From Bacillota bacterium (GTDB taxonomy: Bacteria > Bacillota > Desulfitobacteriia > Desulfitobacteriales > JAJXUE01), in contig JAJZPO010000004.1 of the NCBI GenBank assembly GCA_021811155.1, forward strand, positions 1,963-65,962: a stretch of DNA of 64,000 bases, given 5' to 3'. The notes below the pieces were generated by a model. The model searched no databases. It was given only the letters and a program-made list of their open reading frames with translations, and was not told the origin of the DNA. Shown here one piece after another: positions 9,870-18,930 of this stretch (position 1 is the stretch's first letter; the number at the start of each line of letters is the position of its first letter). The position numbers were made by a program, and so were the translations under genes.

Positions 9870-10088
9870 AAAAAAGAAAAACAGAGGGTACCCGCTTTAC
9901 AGCGCGCACACCTCTGTCCTTGTAACCTGAGAGATTCGGCTTTGCAGCCTTCCCCTTTGGTGTTCTCCTTAAGAGAAGCTCTCCAGAGTTCCGTCCCATA
10001 CCGGTACTTTTGCCTGAGAGTTTCCACCCCTGTTGCGAGCAGGGGATTTTCTCCTTCGGCGCCTTGAGAAAAAGGTCTCTCCCGATAC
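9870..10088 (-). promoter_or_regulatory. Tandem glycine riboswitch with terminator
   Basis: Read on the minus strand. Aptamer 1: CGGGAGAG...GGCGCCGAAGGAGAAA...CTCTCAGGCAAAAG. Aptamer 2: CTCTGGAGAG...CACCAAAGGGGAAGG...AATCTCTCAGG...AAGGACAGAGG. Then CAGAGG...CCTCTG followed by TTTTTCTTTTTT. Confidence 0.9.
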
Positions 10089-10234
10089 GATCATCCGTTC
10101 AGTATTCATTTATAAGATGATATTCTATGCCCGCAAAACTATTCCTGCTTTACTGGATGCCGGCTTTGCCATTTTTTTTGCGACCTTCGGGCAAAAATCC
10201 CCCCGCATTTGCTCTGTCAAGGAAGAAAAACTTG

Positions 10235-11983
10235 TTACGCTCCGGACGGCCCTGCCTTGCCCTCAAGTCTGAGTTCTGTCAGGCAAAACCGCTCCACATC
10301 CACCAGACCCAGGTCGGTTAGTTTCAACTCCGGGATGACAGGCAGGGACAAAAAGGCCAGATTCATAAAAGGGTCCACGCCCGGCGAAACACCGAGGGCC
10401 TGGGCCTTGGTATGCAGATCCGCCAAATCCCGGGCCACATCTTCCGGGGAAGCGGTGGTCATCAGACCGGCAACCGGCAGGGGCAGCTTCCCAATCACCT
10501 CTGTCCCTGCCACAAGGCAAATCCCTCCTCCCATTCGGACGCAGGTTTTAATGGCTAAATCCATCTCTGCGTCACTCATTCCAACCACCACCAGATTGTG
10601 GGAATCATGGGCCACTGTCGAAGCTATGGCCCCTTTGCTCAACCCCAGTCCGTGCACAAAACCGACACCCAACCGCCCCGTGGCATGATGACGCTCCAGG
10701 ACGGCAATTTTAGCTATCTCCTGCTCCGGGTCAGGCTGAATAAATCCCGCCTTAATAGGCAGTTCCCGGGCCAGCGCCGAGGTAACCAAAGAGTGGGACT
10801 GTACCCCGATGACCCGCACCCTGGCCTTCATCCCGTCGTTCCCGGCCGGAACAGCCAGTTTATCCTGGCGCCAATCCCCCAGGCGCACACTGTCAGTCAG
10901 CCCGTCAACGCCCTTGCGGCTAAAACGAGGTCGCACGCCGCCACGGCTTTGCTCTTTTCCCTGCCAATATACTGTTTCAATCTCAAATTTCTTCAGGTCG
11001 CGCAGGACCACGAAGTCTGCCTGAAAACCCGGTGCCACAGCCCCCAGCCCCTGCAGGCCCAGGGCCCTGGCGGCGTTGATAGTGGCCATTTGGATGACCC
11101 GTACGGGCGGCTGTCCGGCCTGGATCGCCAGGCGCACCAGGTGGTCGATGCTGCCTTGATTGAGGAGGTCGGTGGGCTGGCGGTCATCGGTCACCAGCAA
11201 GCACCGCCCGGCGTTTTCCGCATTGACGGCGGGCAAAAGATCCAAGAGGTTTCTGGCAGCGCTCCCTTCTCTCAGCATGAGGTGAAAGCCGCGGCGCAAC
11301 CGCTCCCGTGCCTCCGTTGCGGTGGAGCATTCATGTTCCGTGTGGATTCCCGCCAGGTAATAGGCGTTTAAGTCCTGGGGCGCTATTCCCGGCGCATGAC
11401 CGTCCCTGAAACTGACTGGAAGCTTCAGCTTGGCAGCCATGTCCGGCCTGGCCTCCAATACGGCCGGGTAATCCATAACTTCTCCCAACCCAATAACTTT
11501 AGGGTGGCTGATGAATTCCTTCAGGTCTGATGCTTCCAGCCTCGCCCCCGAAGTTTCCAGAGCTGTGGCAGGGACACATGACGGCAGAACAACAAAGGCG
11601 TTGAAGGGCAAGTCTGTTACGCCTCTTAGCATATACCTGATGCCCTCTGCCCCCAAAACGTTGGCAATCTCATGGGGGTCCACCACAGCGGTGGTAACCC
11701 CATGGGCCAGGAGCAATGAACAAAACTCCTCCGGACAAAGGTGGGAACTTTCGATATGGACGTGAGCGTCGATAAGTCCGGGAATCACGTATTTTTCCGC
11801 CAGGTCGATTTCCTGCCGGGCCAGGGGAAAGCTGCCGATGCCGGCAAACTTGCCCTGGTCAATCCCGATTTCGGTAAGGTGGATTTCCCCGGAGAAGACA
11901 TTTACCAGTCTGGCCCGGCGCAGCACCATGTCTATACAGGTTCTCCCCCTGGCCGCATCCAGCTCTTCTTTCAGGCTTGCCAT
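10235..11983 (-). CDS. ade: Adenine deaminase
   Basis: 582 aa. GLIDAHVHIESS metal-binding motif and full-length Ade-like sequence. Confidence 0.9.
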   Translation of the reverse strand: MASLKEELDAARGRTCIDMVLRRARLVNVFSGEIHLTEIGIDQGKFAGIGSFPLARQEIDLAEKYVIPGLIDAHVHIESSHLCPEEFCSLLLAHGVTTAVVDPHEIANVLGAEGIRYMLRGVTDLPFNAFVVLPSCVPATALETSGARLEASDLKEFISHPKVIGLGEVMDYPAVLEARPDMAAKLKLPVSFRDGHAPGIAPQDLNAYYLAGIHTEHECSTATEARERLRRGFHLMLREGSAARNLLDLLPAVNAENAGRCLLVTDDRQPTDLLNQGSIDHLVRLAIQAGQPPVRVIQMATINAARALGLQGLGAVAPGFQADFVVLRDLKKFEIETVYWQGKEQSRGGVRPRFSRKGVDGLTDSVRLGDWRQDKLAVPAGNDGMKARVRVIGVQSHSLVTSALARELPIKAGFIQPDPEQEIAKIAVLERHHATGRLGVGFVHGLGLSKGAIASTVAHDSHNLVVVGMSDAEMDLAIKTCVRMGGGICLVAGTEVIGKLPLPVAGLMTTASPEDVARDLADLHTKAQALGVSPGVDPFMNLAFLSLPVIPELKLTDLGLVDVERFCLTELRLEGKAGPSGA

Positions 11984-11999
11984 TCCCCGTTCAACCTCC

Positions 12000-13330
12000 T
12001 TACCCCAAACCGGCCCGCCGCAGCACCCGCTTCAGGCTGGCGGTGGAACTTTGCTTCAAGCGGGCCAGGTCTATAGTTCTTAGTTCCCTGTCCTCCATTA
12101 CAATCTGGCCGTCAACCATAGTCAGGCGCACATCGCTGGAGCGGGCCTGGTAGACCAGTTGGGAATAGACATCCACATGCTCGTTGGGCCAGGTGTGGAG
12201 GCCCTGCAGGCTGACCACCGCCAAATCGGCCTTCTTGCCCGCTTCCAGGCTGCCCAAGTCATGCTCGCGGCCGATGGCCCGCGCTCCTCACGGGTAGCCA
12301 GTTCAAAGACCTTCCAGGCCGGCATGACAGTGGGACCGTGCAAGGGCTTTTGAATCAAGGCAGCATGGCGCATCTCCACAAACCCGTCCAGGTTGTTATT
12401 GCAGGGCGCTCCGTCCGCTGCCAGGGAAACCTCCGCCCCCAAGGATAACAGTTCCGGGATCGGAGCGATGCCGGAAGCCAGTTTCAGGTTGGAGGACGGA
12501 CAGTGAGCCACCCGGGTTTTGCTCCTGACCAAAATTTCCTTCTCCGCTTCATCCAGCCAGATACAGTGGGCCAGAATCAGATTAGGGCCGGTCAGGCCCA
12601 GCTTCTCCAGGCAAACTATATTGCGCAAGCCGCGGGTGCTTTCAACCACCTCAATTTCGCCGCGGTTTTCCGAGGCGTGGGTATGCACCAGGGCCTTCTT
12701 TTCTTTAGCCAGGCGGGAAACCTCCCGCAAGAGGTCGTCGGTGCAGGAAATCACAAAGCGAGGGGTAAAGGCCACTTCCAGCCGCCCGCCGGCGGCGCCA
12801 TGGTACTTCTCATACAGGTCAACGCTTTCCTGGAGGGAGTCTGAGGTTTTTTCCTGCAGGGACGGGGGCACATCTCCGCTGGGGTCATCCATCATGCATT
12901 TGCCGGACACGGCGCGCATACCGCTGTCCAGGATGGCCTTGAAGGCATGCTCGGTATGGTGTACAGTTTCCATATCCACAATCGCGGTGGTGCCGCCCAG
13001 GAACAACTCACCAATGCCCAAAAGGGCCGAATCATAGAGTGATTCGGGGTCATGCGCCCCTTCCAGGGGCCATATCTTTAATTTCAGCCAGTCCAGGAGT
13101 TCCAGATCATCGGCCTGGCCCCGGAACAGGGTTTGACAGAGGTGAATATGGGTTTGAATCAGACCGGGGATCAGGAGATCCCCGCGCACATCGATAACCC
13201 TGTCCGCAGGCTGCTCAATCTTTCTCCCAACAGCGCTGATGCGTGAGTCTTCTACCAGCAGATCGCCCCGGATAATGTCCCGCTGGGCATTCATGCTCAC
13301 AATTGTGGCGTTTTTAAACAGGATGCGCAT
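12000..13330 (-). pseudogene. Amidohydrolase-family deaminase (MtaD/guanine-deaminase-like) carrying a 1-nt deletion frameshift near 12288-12290
   Basis: HxH motif LIQTHIHLCQTLFRG. Frame 1 reads ...ELATREERGPSAAS. The conserved continuation GARAIGREHDLGSLEAGKKADL is in the adjacent frame (track ORF 12000..12257). Start ATG 13330 follows AAAGGGGG. Confidence 0.8.
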
Positions 13331-13457
13331 TAGGCGGCCCCCTTTCAGCATAGACCCGGCAAGTCGCCCTTCCCCCTGCTGCAGGGAAGAAGACCGCTTG
13401 CTTCTGTCACCCTTCTTCTTCATAAGTATTCAGTCCCATGTGGTTTTCAACAACCTG

Positions 13458-13488
13458 AGGATGTGTGCCGGAATCCGGCACACATCCT
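13458..13488 (-). terminator. Strong stem-loop 10 nt downstream of the permease stop (attenuator or weak terminator)
   Basis: Perfect 14-bp stem AGGATGTGTGCCGG / CCGGCACACATCCT with loop AAT. The U-tract is poor (CAGGUUGUUG). Confidence 0.45.
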
Positions 13489-13498
13489 GTAAAGCGCC

Positions 13499-14833
13499 TT
13501 AACCGATGATAAAATGCAGAATAAACAAGACAGTTAACACGTAGGTGACGGGATTATTCTCTTTATGGCGACCAGTCACCAGTTTGATGATGGTGTAGGA
13601 CATAAAACCAAAAGCCAGGCCTTGCGCGATGGAGAAAGTCAGAGGCATCATGATCACAGTCATGAAGGCGGGAAATGCTTCGGTGAAGTCGTCAAACTTC
13701 ACATGCACGATCTCGCTCATCATCAGGGTGCCCACCAGGATTAAGACCGGGGCCGTGGCCTGGGCGGGAATGAGTCCCACCAGGGGCGCAAAGATGACGG
13801 ATACGGCAAACAGCGCCGCCACTGTAACAGCGGTCAGGCCACTCTTGCCCCCTTCGGCTACACCTGATGAACTCTCAATATAGGAAGTCACGGTAGGAGT
13901 ACCCATAACGGAGCCAAACATGGTACCGATGGAATCAGCCATCAGCGCTCTGCCTGCTCTGGGAAGATTGCCCTTTTCATCCAAGAGTCCGGCTTTGCGC
14001 CCCACACCCAGAAGAGTGCCGATGTTGTCAAACATGTCCACAAAGGTGAAAGCAAAAAGTATGGAAATTAGACCATAGCTAACAGCTCCCATGATATTCA
14101 GCTGTCCGAAAGTCGGCGCCAGCTCCGCAAACGGGTTGGTGGGGGCAACAATGTCCGCCAGAGATGTGGGCGGATGAGACACGCCGGCGATCATGCTGAC
14201 CACAGTAGTAGCCAATATTCCGATCAGCAGGCCGCCCTTAACCCGCTTGGCCATCAGCCAGCCGGTAACAATGAGACCGAAGACAGCCACCAGGACTTCG
14301 GGCGATTTCATATCCCCCAAGGTGACAAAGGTTGCCTTGTCCGCCACAACGATTCCGGCGTTTTTCAGGCCGATAAAAGCGATAAACAAGCCGATACCTA
14401 CCCCGATAGAGAGCCTTAATACTTCAGGCACCCCTTCAATGATCCATTCCCGCACTTTGGTTACCGTGAGCAGGAAAAAGACCAGGCCGGAGATAAACAC
14501 CGCCCCCAGGGCTGTCTGCCACGGCAATTTCATGCCGATTACCACCGCATAGGTGAAAAAGGCGTTGAGGCCCATGCCCGGGGCCATGGCGATCGGATAA
14601 TTGGCGTACAAGCCCATGACAAGGGTGGCAAAGGCTGCCGAAATGGCGGTTGCCGCAAAGGTAGCATTGACCGGCATCCCTGCGTCCTTCAGGATGCTCG
14701 GGTTGACAAACAGAATATAGGCCATGGTGACAAAGGTCGTCACACCCGCAAGAATTTCAGTGCGTACTGTCGTGTTCAGCTCTTTCAGGTGAAAGAAGCG
14801 TTCCAGGGCGCCTGTGTCTTTCTGATTTTGCAT
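13499..14833 (-). CDS. NCS2/AzgA-family purine permease (adenine/guanine/hypoxanthine)
   Basis: Multi-TM protein. N-terminus ERFFHLKELNTTVRTEILAGVTTFVTMAYILFVNP is typical of PbuG/AzgA permeases. Start ATG 14833 (MQNQKD). Confidence 0.85.
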   Translation of the reverse strand: MQNQKDTGALERFFHLKELNTTVRTEILAGVTTFVTMAYILFVNPSILKDAGMPVNATFAATAISAAFATLVMGLYANYPIAMAPGMGLNAFFTYAVVIGMKLPWQTALGAVFISGLVFFLLTVTKVREWIIEGVPEVLRLSIGVGIGLFIAFIGLKNAGIVVADKATFVTLGDMKSPEVLVAVFGLIVTGWLMAKRVKGGLLIGILATTVVSMIAGVSHPPTSLADIVAPTNPFAELAPTFGQLNIMGAVSYGLISILFAFTFVDMFDNIGTLLGVGRKAGLLDEKGNLPRAGRALMADSIGTMFGSVMGTPTVTSYIESSSGVAEGGKSGLTAVTVAALFAVSVIFAPLVGLIPAQATAPVLILVGTLMMSEIVHVKFDDFTEAFPAFMTVIMMPLTFSIAQGLAFGFMSYTIIKLVTGRHKENNPVTYVLTVLFILHFIIG

Positions 14834-14982
14834 ATTGTCTGCCCTCCTTTTGGTTTTCCCCACGTTGTTTTCCGGCACCCGGGCTTGTCCATTTGCACCG
14901 TAAATTTCGCTGGCAGTTGCTGAGTTTGGGCGCCGGACTCCGGCCTGGCAGAGCAGGCCGCTTTAGTCCTCACAAATCCGTT

Positions 14983-15993
14983 TTAGTCCCCACTGCCTCC
15001 TCTCTCCTTCTCTGCCAGGGCCGCCAGGATTTTCTCCGGTGTGGCCGGCAAAGCTGTAATTCTCACCCCTACGGCAGCGTCGATGGCATTGATTATTGCC
15101 GCGACGGTAGGCAGCATGGCGGGTTCGCCCAGCCCCTTGGCGCCATACGGACCGGTGTCTTCCGGTTCTTCGACAATCATGCTCTCTATTTCAGGCACAT
15201 CCAGGGCCGTAGGAATCAAATACTTGGCGAAGGCCGGGTTTTTTATCCTGCCTTCCGTCAACTCCACCTCTTCCAGCAGGGCATAGCCCACTCCCTGGGC
15301 CACACCGCCGGCGATCTGCCCTTCCGCCTGGGTCAGGTTCACTGCCCTGCCCAAGTCGTGAGCCGCAACAATCTTCAGCACACGCACCGTCCCCGTCTCC
15401 GTATCGACTTCCACCTCAGCTGCCTGGCAGCCAAAAGCGTAAGGCCAATAAGGCGCCCCTTGTCCGTTTTCCAGGCTGACCGGTGTGGTTTGGGCGGTAA
15501 AGCTCGCAGCGCTGATAAACCGCTCCCCGTGCAGGAGGCGTGCCTCCCAGACAAGCTCAGACAGGGGCATGCTGCGTGACGGGTCCCCCCTCACCCCGAT
15601 CATCCCTTCCTTAAATTCAATTCCCTCAGGCGATGGGCAGGAAAATTTGCGGGCCGCGAATTCCTGCAAACGAAGTTTGGCCTGCCGCACTGCCTTTAAC
15701 ACAGCATTGCCTGTGTTGTATGTCTGTCGGGTCGCCGCCGTAGTACCCGAGTCAGGGGTAACGTCCGTGTCCCCGCTGCATACCAGAATATCTTCAGGAT
15801 TAAGCCCCAGTTCCTCCGCCATGATCTGGGCAAATACAGTGCTGCTCCCCTGGCCCACGTCCACGGCCCCTGTCAGTACCGTAGCCGTACCGTCATCATG
15901 GATTTCCACGAAGGCGCTGGAAACATCGGGAAAACCATTGCCGTAACCCGTACCGTACCAAGTGCAGCTGAGACCGGTCCCACGTTTTTTCAT
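14983..15993 (-). CDS. Molybdenum hydroxylase (xanthine dehydrogenase family) large subunit, C-terminal polypeptide (NdhM-like)
   Basis: MKKRGTGLSCTWYG...VDVGQGSST...AKGLGEPA. The ATG overlaps the upstream TGA as ATGA and follows GGAAGGAGGGGG. Confidence 0.85.
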   Translation of the reverse strand: MKKRGTGLSCTWYGTGYGNGFPDVSSAFVEIHDDGTATVLTGAVDVGQGSSTVFAQIMAEELGLNPEDILVCSGDTDVTPDSGTTAATRQTYNTGNAVLKAVRQAKLRLQEFAARKFSCPSPEGIEFKEGMIGVRGDPSRSMPLSELVWEARLLHGERFISAASFTAQTTPVSLENGQGAPYWPYAFGCQAAEVEVDTETGTVRVLKIVAAHDLGRAVNLTQAEGQIAGGVAQGVGYALLEEVELTEGRIKNPAFAKYLIPTALDVPEIESMIVEEPEDTGPYGAKGLGEPAMLPTVAAIINAIDAAVGVRITALPATPEKILAALAEKERGGSGD

Positions 15994-17258
15994 TCCCTGT
16001 CCCCCTCCTTCCAGAGAAACGGAGCAACCTTTTGCAGGCACTCCTCCAGGCCGACGCTGCCGGTAAGCGCCTGGCCCGTTGCCGTTGTGCTCCCGGTGCG
16101 GAACATATTGCGCAGGCGAATTTCAACAGGCGAGATTTTCAATTTCTTCGCCAGAAGCTCCATCTGGCTTTCATAGGCCAGCACGGGCTGGGCGGCGCCG
16201 AAGCCGCGCATGGCCCCGGTCCAGGGATTGTTGGTAAATACGGCGTAACTGTCAACCCTGAGGTTGGGAATCTCATAGGGACCCGTAGCGTGAATCGCCG
16301 CTTTGCGCAGGATATTGGGGCTCCATGAGGCATAGGCCCCCGCATCCCCCACGATACGGGCCTCCATGGCCACCAGTTTTCCTTCCCTGGTCGCCCCGGT
16401 CTTGTAGTGCATGGTCATTGGATGCCGCTTGCAGTGTGAGTAAAAGGACTCTTCCCGGCTGTTTTCCATTTTCACCGGTCGCAAGGTCCGGTAGGCCAAA
16501 AGTGCGGCCACAAGCTGCAGGGAAATATCCTCCCGTCCTCCGAACGAGCCGCCTACGCTCAGGGTTTTTACCTGAACCCGGCTCACTTTTATCCCCAGGG
16601 CGTGTGCGATTTCTCCCCGGTCGTAATGGGGATATTGGGTCGCTGCCTGCACCACCAGGTGTCCCCTTTCGTCCACCTGGGCCAGGACCGCTTCCGGCTG
16701 TAAAAAAGCGTGGTCGACCATCTGGGTGCTGTAGTCCTGCTCCACCACCACATCGGCGCTCGCCCAGCCCTTGGCCAGGTCACCCTTTACCACAGGCAGG
16801 TGGTATAAAACGTTGGACTCACCGTGGACCTCAGGATGAAGGGCCGGCGCGCCTGGCCTCATGGCTTCCTCCGGGTTAAACAATGCCGGCAGCAGCTCAT
16901 ACTCAATCTCCACCAGTCTGGCAGCCTCGCGCGCAGTTTCCGGGCTTTCGGCGGCGACAGCCACGAGCGGGTCCCCCACCATGCGGATCCTCTCCGAAAC
17001 CAGCACCGGCTGGTCGCGGAAAAGTACGCCGTGGCTGTTATGGGGCACATCAGAGGCTGTAAGCACCGCTGCCACCCCGGTCAGTTCCCGGGCTTTGCGC
17101 ACATCCAGCCTGCGAATCCGGGCGTGGGGATGGGGGCTGCGCAGCACAACCCCGTATATCTGCCCGGGCAGATTCACGTCTGCAGGATATTTGGCCTGTC
17201 CGAACACTTTGCCCCAGGCGTCCTCACGTACCGCGCGGCTGCCAATCACACTTGTCAC
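15990..17258 (-). CDS. Molybdenum hydroxylase large subunit, N-terminal polypeptide (NdhL-like)
   Basis: 422 aa. Contains GQAKYPADV, GGSFGGRE and AMRGFGAAQ motifs. GTG start overlaps the 2Fe-2S subunit stop (GTGA). Confidence 0.85.
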   Translation of the reverse strand: MTSVIGSRAVREDAWGKVFGQAKYPADVNLPGQIYGVVLRSPHPHARIRRLDVRKARELTGVAAVLTASDVPHNSHGVLFRDQPVLVSERIRMVGDPLVAVAAESPETAREAARLVEIEYELLPALFNPEEAMRPGAPALHPEVHGESNVLYHLPVVKGDLAKGWASADVVVEQDYSTQMVDHAFLQPEAVLAQVDERGHLVVQAATQYPHYDRGEIAHALGIKVSRVQVKTLSVGGSFGGREDISLQLVAALLAYRTLRPVKMENSREESFYSHCKRHPMTMHYKTGATREGKLVAMEARIVGDAGAYASWSPNILRKAAIHATGPYEIPNLRVDSYAVFTNNPWTGAMRGFGAAQPVLAYESQMELLAKKLKISPVEIRLRNMFRTGSTTATGQALTGSVGLEECLQKVAPFLWKEGDRE

Positions 17259-17725
17259 TTTCCTGACACCTCCCTGGCCGCCCTCTGCACTGCCCGCAGG
17301 ATCTTGTCATAACCGGTGCAGCGGCAGAGATTGCCCGACATGGCCACGCCGATTTCCTGCGGCGATGGGTCGGAGTTTTTGTCCAGCAAGGCCTTGGCCG
17401 AGAGAACCATACCCGGAGTGCAGTAGCCGCACTGGACAGCTCCTTCCTCCACGAAAGCCCGCTGTACCGGATGGGGGCGCCGGCGGTCCCCAACCCCTTC
17501 AATGGTGATGATTTTACGCCCGTGGGCCTGAACCCCCAGCACCAGACAGGAGTTTACAGTCCTGCCGTCAAGGATTACGGTACAGGCCCCGCATTCCCCT
17601 TCGCCGCACCCTTCCTTTGTCCCAGTGAATCCCAGTCGCCGGCGCAAGACATCAATCAGGCGTTCGTCCGGCTCTATCTCAAGCTTGTAAGTTTTTTCAT
17701 TTACCGTGAGTTCCAGTTCAACCAC
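17255..17725 (-). CDS. Molybdenum hydroxylase [2Fe-2S] small subunit
   Basis: 156 aa. CGEGECGACTV and QCGYCTPG...CRCTGY motifs. Confidence 0.9.
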   Translation of the reverse strand: MVELELTVNEKTYKLEIEPDERLIDVLRRRLGFTGTKEGCGEGECGACTVILDGRTVNSCLVLGVQAHGRKIITIEGVGDRRRPHPVQRAFVEEGAVQCGYCTPGMVLSAKALLDKNSDPSPQEIGVAMSGNLCRCTGYDKILRAVQRAAREVSGK

Positions 17726-18560
17726 CGTTTAGTTCCTCCCCTCCGGCGAGGGAAGCCAAAGCTTCCCGCATCACTCCAGCGACCGCAGCCTGTTTGTAGG
17801 GAGCCGATGCCCGGCTGCCCAGGGCCGAGGCCACCACCTGCTGCGCTCCAGCGGCGGCAGCTTCCAGCCAGGTCTCGTCCATTTCACGTTCTTCCAGCAT
17901 TTCCGCCAAAGCTTCGCTTAAGAAGGCCCGCTCTCCCACAGCTCCCAAGGCCACCCTGATTTTTTTTGCCCTGCTGCCTTCACTTTTTACGGCGATGCCC
18001 AGGCTCAGTCTGGCGATAGCCAGGGCCCTGCGCCTGCCCAGCTTGGCAAAGCCGCTCTTCCAGCCTTGGTCCGGAATGAGGAAGCCCTTAATCAAGGTCC
18101 CCTCTTGCAATAGAGGCCGTCGCTTGAGCAGTTCAGCCAGAGACACTGTTTCTTCTCCCCGGCGTGAGACCAGGCGGACCTCCGCGCCCAGGGCCAGCAG
18201 CGGCGGCAGGCCGTCGGCGGCGGGAGAACAGTTGCCAAGATTGCCGCCGATGGTGGCCTGGTTGCGGATTTGGGGCGAACCCATGCTCTGGCAGGCCAGC
18301 CACAAAGCATTTGCCTTGGTACGGACCAGCTCTGAGCTGCCCAGTTCAGCGAAGGTCATCATACTGCCTATTTCCAGGCATCCGCCTGAAGCGTTAAGCG
18401 TTTTCAGTTCTGCAACCCTGCTAAGGTCCACCAGAACCTGCGGTTTGACTTTCCCCTCCCTCAGCTGCAGCGCCAGGTCGGTTCCTCCCGCTAAGAAATA
18501 ACTGCCTGGGCCAGCCCGTTCCACTGCTTCCATAACATTTCGCGCTTGAAAAAACTGCAT
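17718..18560 (-). CDS. Molybdenum hydroxylase FAD-binding subunit (CoxM/XdhB-like)
   Basis: FLAGGTDL and ATIGGNLG motifs. Preferred start ATG 18560 (MQFFQARN) after GGGAGGGAAC. The track ORF extends to 18659. Confidence 0.85.
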   Translation of the reverse strand: MQFFQARNVMEAVERAGPGSYFLAGGTDLALQLREGKVKPQVLVDLSRVAELKTLNASGGCLEIGSMMTFAELGSSELVRTKANALWLACQSMGSPQIRNQATIGGNLGNCSPAADGLPPLLALGAEVRLVSRRGEETVSLAELLKRRPLLQEGTLIKGFLIPDQGWKSGFAKLGRRRALAIARLSLGIAVKSEGSRAKKIRVALGAVGERAFLSEALAEMLEEREMDETWLEAAAAGAQQVVASALGSRASAPYKQAAVAGVMREALASLAGGEELNGG

Positions 18561-18586
18561 ACTGTTCCCTCCCGGCGGCCTGACTG

Positions 18587-18698
18587 CAAAACAAAAAACC
18601 GGATGCCCACAAACGACAAAGGAGTAATACACCCCCATAGTCGGATAATTTGCGGTCATCCGGTAGACACTCCCGGCCCAATTGCCAGAAATATATGG
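18587..18698 (-). promoter_or_regulatory. Purine riboswitch (guanine/xanthine class, C74) with overlapping terminator
   Basis: Minus-strand aptamer 18698-18635: CCAUA-UAU-UUCUGGC-AAUUGG-GCCGGGA-GUGUCUAC-CGGAUGA-CCGCAAA-UUAUCCG-AC-UAUGG. It matches the xpt G-box junctions and loops. Terminator ACCGGAUGACCGCAAA / UUUGUGGGCAUCCGGU plus UUUUUGUUUUG lies at 18664-18587. Confidence 0.8.
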
Positions 18699-18830
18699 CG
18701 CTCAATATGCTGGACACAAGACTGCGCTCCAGCTTGCTGTATGAACTTTTGTGTTGTAGATTATTCGACGTCTCTATAAAAACTCCTGTCTAAATATACT
18801 GAATTTTTATTATTTGTAAACCACTTTTTA

Positions 18831-18930
18831 GAGTACTCAGAATTCAGTAGTCAGGAGTCAGAATAATTTATGCGAGTTAAAGCATTCCTCATTCTGTCTC
18901 CTGACTCCTTGTCTACTGCTTCTAACTCTT
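18831..18930. repeat. Heptad-repeat hairpin element, copy B
   Basis: Left arm TCAGAAT TCAGTAG TCAGGAG TCAGAAT (18837-18864). Right arm ATTCTGTCTCCTGACTCC.... The 28-nt left arm differs at 1 position from 46860-46887. Confidence 0.75.

Noticed and set aside
14834-14982. Possible second purine riboswitch in front of the permease
   Set aside because: The minus-strand sequence lacks the conserved J2/3 (GUUUCUAC-like), L2/L3 and GACUAUG elements. Only a short CGGCCTG/CAGGCCG hairpin is present.
15990-16041. Apparent frameshift at a GGGGG run splitting the Mo-binding subunit
   Set aside because: The TGA and ATG overlap as ATGA and are preceded by GGAAGGAGGGGG at ideal spacing. The split point matches the known NdhL/NdhM-type division. 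I treat it as a natural two-polypeptide subunit, although read-level confirmation is still worthwhile.
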